Below are positions 60,691 through 64,000 of a stretch of 64,000 nt of DNA, piece by piece. The translations under genes were made by a program, and so were the position numbers. How positions within the stretch are numbered: the first letter of the stretch is position 1; the number at the start of each line of letters is the position of its first letter. A model generated the notes under the pieces. The model saw only the letters and a program-made list of their open reading frames with translations. It did no database searches and was not told the DNA's origin. The DNA comes from Acidobacteriota bacterium. Its GTDB lineage: Bacteria > Acidobacteriota > Vicinamibacteria > Vicinamibacterales > UBA2999. The stretch spans positions 8,619 to 72,618 of the forward strand of contig JADZCY010000212.1 in assembly GCA_020851325.1 (NCBI GenBank). Direction: 5' to 3'.

Positions 60691-61643
60691 GACTGCCACG
60701 CGCGCGCCTCCTCGGGCATCTGCGCCAGCAGCGCGCGCTCATGCGCAATCAACGCCGCCGCAGCCTCGCGCATCGTGCAGCGCGCAAAGCGCACCTCATC
60801 GCCCGGTCCGAGCTGCCCGGCCAGATCAAGGTCGGCCGAGATCACCTGCGCGATACGTGCGTAGCCGCCCGCCGTCTGACGGTCGGCCATCAGCAGAATC
60901 GGCTCGCCCGCCGCCGGCACTTGCATCGTCCCCATGTCCACCGGCGACGACATCACATCGTCATGCACACGTCTCGACAACATCGGCCCTTCGAGACGAT
61001 ATCCCATTCGATTGGATTGCGGCGAGAGACGATAGCGCGCTGTGGTGAGCTGCTGCCACGCCTCGTCCGTAAACCACGCGGCCTGCGGTCCATCGAGCAC
61101 GCGAAGCGTCACCGGGCGATCGAACGTGCGGGGTGCGGAGCGGTGCGCCGCCCTGCACGACGCCTGCGCCGCAATCGGCAGCACGTCACCACTGACGAGC
61201 GCACGGCCGTCCACGCCGCCCATGCGGCTCGGCAGGTGCGTGGCTCGGCTGCCAAGCACCGCGGGCGTCAGGATGCCGCCGCCAGCGACCGCGAGATAGC
61301 CTCGCGCGCCGCCATCGCAGCGACCAATTCGCAACCGCGCACCGGCGCGGGCGGATCGCACGACACCGGTCTCGACGACCTCGTCGTCCACACGCAGAAC
61401 GAAGCGAGCGCCACACACGACGATCGCGGTGTCGGCCTGCACGATCAACTCGGGGCCGAGCAGCGTCAGCTCGAGCGTGGCGGCGTCCGGAGGATTGCCG
61501 ACAAGCGCGTTGGCGAGGCGATGCGAAAGCACGTCCATTGGACCCGCCACCGGCACGCCTTCGGCCTGATGTCCCCACCGTCCGAGATCCTGCACCGTCG
61601 TGAGCAGGCCCGGCTTCACCACGTGCAACGCGCCCATCGTCAT
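60687..61643 (-). CDS. pxpC: 5-oxoprolinase subunit C / allophanate hydrolase subunit 2 family
   Basis: [53 protein letters not shown]... Confidence 0.85.
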   Translation of the reverse strand: MTMGALHVVKPGLLTTVQDLGRWGHQAEGVPVAGPMDVLSHRLANALVGNPPDAATLELTLLGPELIVQADTAIVVCGARFVLRVDDEVVETGVVRSARAGARLRIGRCDGGARGYLAVAGGGILTPAVLGSRATHLPSRMGGVDGRALVSGDVLPIAAQASCRAAHRSAPRTFDRPVTLRVLDGPQAAWFTDEAWQQLTTARYRLSPQSNRMGYRLEGPMLSRRVHDDVMSSPVDMGTMQVPAAGEPILLMADRQTAGGYARIAQVISADLDLAGQLGPGDEVRFARCTMREAAAALIAHERALLAQMPEEARAWQS

Positions 61644-62281
61644 GCGGCGACAAACCGCACGCGGTCGCCGGCGCGCACCAGCACCGCGGGTGTGCGCTGC
61701 GCGTCGAAGAAGCGCACATCAGTACGGCCAATCAACTGCCAGCCGCCCGGCGTTTCCATCGGATAGACGCCCGTCTGCACGCCGGCAATCCCGACGGAAC
61801 CAGCCGGCACGCGCGTCCGAGGCACGGCATGACGCGGCGTGGCGATGCGCTCATCGACGCGACCAAGATACGCAAAGCCTGGAACGAAGCCGAGCATGTA
61901 GACGCGATAGTCGCGGCTGGTGTGCAGGCGAATCACCTCATCGGGTTCGCAGCCGGCTCGCGCCGCGACGGCGGCGAGATCCGGGCCGTCGACACCGCCA
62001 TACCGCACCGGGATCTCGTGCAGCGCACCGGCTTCGCTCGGCGTCGTGTGCGCCTCCGCGGCGGCCTCTCGAATCGCGCGTTCGAGGCGCGCCAGATCCG
62101 TGCGCAGCGGATCGAAGTGCACGCCCACCGACGCGTACGCCGGTGCCACGTCGCGCACGCCATCGATGCGGCGCTGCCGCACGCGGTCGGCCAGCGCAAT
62201 GGCCTGCGCGTTCAACTCCGGATCGATCGTCGTGCCGAGTTCGATCAGCCACAGGCGATCACCGGCCTGGCGCAGCGTCAC
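61640..62281 (-). CDS. pxpB: 5-oxoprolinase subunit B / allophanate hydrolase subunit 1 (KipI) family
   Basis: [34 protein letters not shown]...[15 protein letters not shown]...[13 protein letters not shown] overlap with the mpl stop. Confidence 0.85.
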   Translation of the reverse strand: MTLRQAGDRLWLIELGTTIDPELNAQAIALADRVRQRRIDGVRDVAPAYASVGVHFDPLRTDLARLERAIREAAAEAHTTPSEAGALHEIPVRYGGVDGPDLAAVAARAGCEPDEVIRLHTSRDYRVYMLGFVPGFAYLGRVDERIATPRHAVPRTRVPAGSVGIAGVQTGVYPMETPGGWQLIGRTDVRFFDAQRTPAVLVRAGDRVRFVAA

Positions 62282-63687
62282 GCCAGCGCCTCGAGCAGCT
62301 TGCCATGGATGCCGCCGAACCCGCCGTTCGACATGATGACGATGACGTCGCCCGGCTGGGCCTCGGCGGCAATGGCGTCGACGATCGTCGGGACGTCCGG
62401 CAGATGACGTGCGGCGACGCCGGTGCGCGTCAGGTCGGCCACCAGTTGCGCTTCGGACAGCCGCTCCTCGGGCGGCAGCGTCGACCGGAACACCGACGCG
62501 ACGATCACCTCGTCCGCACGAGCAAACGCCTGCACGAAATCGTCCTGGAAGATGCGGCGGCACGATGACGCCGAGCGCGGTTCGAAGACCGCCCACACAC
62601 GACGACCGGGCAGCGACGCCTTCACCGCGTGCAGCGTCTCGGCCACCGCCGTCGGGTGATGCGCGAAGTCGTCGTACACCGCAATCCCGCGGCGTTCACC
62701 GACGAGATCCAGCCGGCGCTTGACGCCGGCAAACCGCGCCAGTCCTTCGCGCAGCGTCTCGATCGCAATGCCCTGATCGGCGCCAATCGCCAGTGCCGCC
62801 AGCGCGTTGCGCACGTTGTGCAGCCCGGTGAGCGGCAGATGAAACACACCGCGGTCCGTGCCGCTTTCGAGAACACGAAACGTCGTGGACAAGACGCCGC
62901 TCGACGCGGCTCCGAACGACACATCCACCGCGCGCCACGAGGCGCCTTCGGCCATCCCGAACGTCTGCAGGCGGCTGCGCACCAGCGGCGCCAGCGCCGC
63001 GGCGGCGGGACTGTCCGAGCCAAGCAGCGTCAGGCCGCTCCGCGGCACCAGATTCACGAGCCGGCGAAAGGCCAGGCGCACCGCGTCGAGGTCGGCGTAG
63101 ATGTCGGCGTGATCGAACTCGATGTTGCCGATCACCGCCACGTGCGGCACGTACTTCAGGAACTTCGCTGTCTTGTCGAAGTAGGCGCTGTCGTACTCAT
63201 CGCCCTCGATCACGAACGCGTCGCCGCCGCCAATCCGATAGCTGGCGCCATTGCCACCAAGATTGCGAGCGATACCGCCGACGAGCACGCTCGGATCGAC
63301 GCCGCCATGCGTCAGCAGCCACGCCGCCAGTGACGTCGTGGTGGTCTTGCCGTGCGTGCCGGCCACGACAATCGGACGACGAGTCCACAGGAAGAAGTCA
63401 CGAATCGCTTCAGGGAGCGAGCAATAGCGAAGGCGGCGATCGAGCACGGCTTCCAGTTCTGCGTTGCCGCGCGAGATCGCGTTGCCGACGACCACCAGAT
63501 CGATCGCGCCCTCCACGTGTGCCGGCGCGTAGCCTTCGAGCAGCGTAATGCCTTCGCCGATCAGGAAGTCGCTCATCGGCGGATACACGTGTTCGTCGGA
63601 GCCGCTCACATCGTGCCCCTGCTGCTTCAACATGGCGGCCAGCGTGGCCATGGCCGTGCCACACGCGCCGATCAGGTGGATACGCAC
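62278..63687 (-). CDS. mpl: UDP-N-acetylmuramate:L-alanyl-gamma-D-glutamyl-meso-DAP ligase (murein peptide ligase)
   Basis: (V)[41 protein letters not shown]...[13 protein letters not shown]...[17 protein letters not shown] at 63687 lies 2 nt after the ldcA stop. Mpl is preferred over MurC on the YPPMS motif and the ldcA neighbour. Confidence 0.8.
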   Translation of the reverse strand: MRIHLIGACGTAMATLAAMLKQQGHDVSGSDEHVYPPMSDFLIGEGITLLEGYAPAHVEGAIDLVVVGNAISRGNAELEAVLDRRLRYCSLPEAIRDFFLWTRRPIVVAGTHGKTTTTSLAAWLLTHGGVDPSVLVGGIARNLGGNGASYRIGGGDAFVIEGDEYDSAYFDKTAKFLKYVPHVAVIGNIEFDHADIYADLDAVRLAFRRLVNLVPRSGLTLLGSDSPAAAALAPLVRSRLQTFGMAEGASWRAVDVSFGAASSGVLSTTFRVLESGTDRGVFHLPLTGLHNVRNALAALAIGADQGIAIETLREGLARFAGVKRRLDLVGERRGIAVYDDFAHHPTAVAETLHAVKASLPGRRVWAVFEPRSASSCRRIFQDDFVQAFARADEVIVASVFRSTLPPEERLSEAQLVADLTRTGVAARHLPDVPTIVDAIAAEAQPGDVIVIMSNGGFGGIHGKLLEALA

Positions 63688-63689
63688 GT

Positions 63690-64000
63690 CTACGACACCA
63701 GGGCTTCTTCGACGATGAGACGGGCGGGCGCGGTGGTCACGCGGCCGCGGACGCCGAGCGGCACGCTCCACACGGCCTCGCGTGCATGTCCGAACGGAAA
63801 GCCGAACAGCACCGGTCCCTGAAAGCCGTCGACGAAATCACGCAACACGTCTTTGATCGACACCGTTCCGCCGTCCTCGTCACATCGCGTGAACTCGCCG
63901 AAGACGATCGCACCGGCGCGCGCGAGTAAACCACTCTGTGCCAGTTGCGTCAGCATGCGATGGATGCGATACGGACGCTCGCCGATATCCTCGAGCAGCA
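63690..64000 (-). CDS. ldcA: LD-carboxypeptidase (muramoyltetrapeptide carboxypeptidase), C-terminal part; gene continues beyond window end
   Basis: ...LLEDIGERPYRIHRMLTQLAQSGLLARAGAIVFGEFTRC...FGFPFGHAREAVWSVPLGV. The reading frame stays open to position 64000. Confidence 0.75.
   Translation of the reverse strand, partial: LLEDIGERPYRIHRMLTQLAQSGLLARAGAIVFGEFTRCDEDGGTVSIKDVLRDFVDGFQGPVLFGFPFGHAREAVWSVPLGVRGRVTTAPARLIVEEALVS

Noticed and set aside
58382-60748. 788-aa ORF apparently fusing murA to a long N-terminal extension.
   Set aside because: Only the C-terminal 417 aa (from MSTLVIHGG at 59635) is MurA. The upstream part is a shadow frame across the repeat spacer and murB.

Overview
GC-rich (about two-thirds G+C by eye, not computed), gene-dense chromosomal window from a Gram-negative bacterium. 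Gene content and the odd intergenic repeats suggest an Acidobacteriota-like organism, but that is inference only. Most of the window is core housekeeping:
- minus-strand block hisS / gamma-CA-like / dcd / ndk / pheA / sucDC
- a membrane HD-GYP-GAF-GGDEF c-di-GMP protein
- sdhCAB, mdh, serA
- Kdo/LPS block kdsB-pyrG-kdsA-kdsD-lapB
- coaE, folD, an APC permease, thiE
- a long, tightly coupled minus-strand run: pilMNOPQ, two lipoproteins, a TPR protein, pepP, accB, accC
- rplM-rpsI, rpsB-tsf-pyrH-frr, thrC, pfkA
- tRNA-Ala(CGC), lolA plus a lipidated TPR-secretin
- murA, murB, pxpCB, mpl, ldcA

The least ordinary region is 43.8-51.7 kb. It holds three tandem paralogous secreted proteins, each with 3 FN3-like modules plus a shared C-terminal domain I cannot place. 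Next comes a matrixin-like protein whose catalytic Glu is replaced by Val and which carries the same FN3-like modules. A heme-c-fused PHM/DBH-like copper monooxygenase is translationally coupled to it.

Other notable points:
- a Phe-rich 20-codon mini-ORF with two tandem intrinsic terminators directly upstream of pheA (candidate attenuator)
- a tricistronic set of paralogous small lipoproteins after lapB
- several families of short-period intergenic repeats, including a conserved ~25-nt core, canonical G-quadruplex motifs, and a 19-bp hairpin with two alternative right arms

I recognised no transposase, integrase, CRISPR array, or known defence genes. Many long ORFs in the track are antisense or N-terminally extended GC artefacts and were trimmed or discarded.
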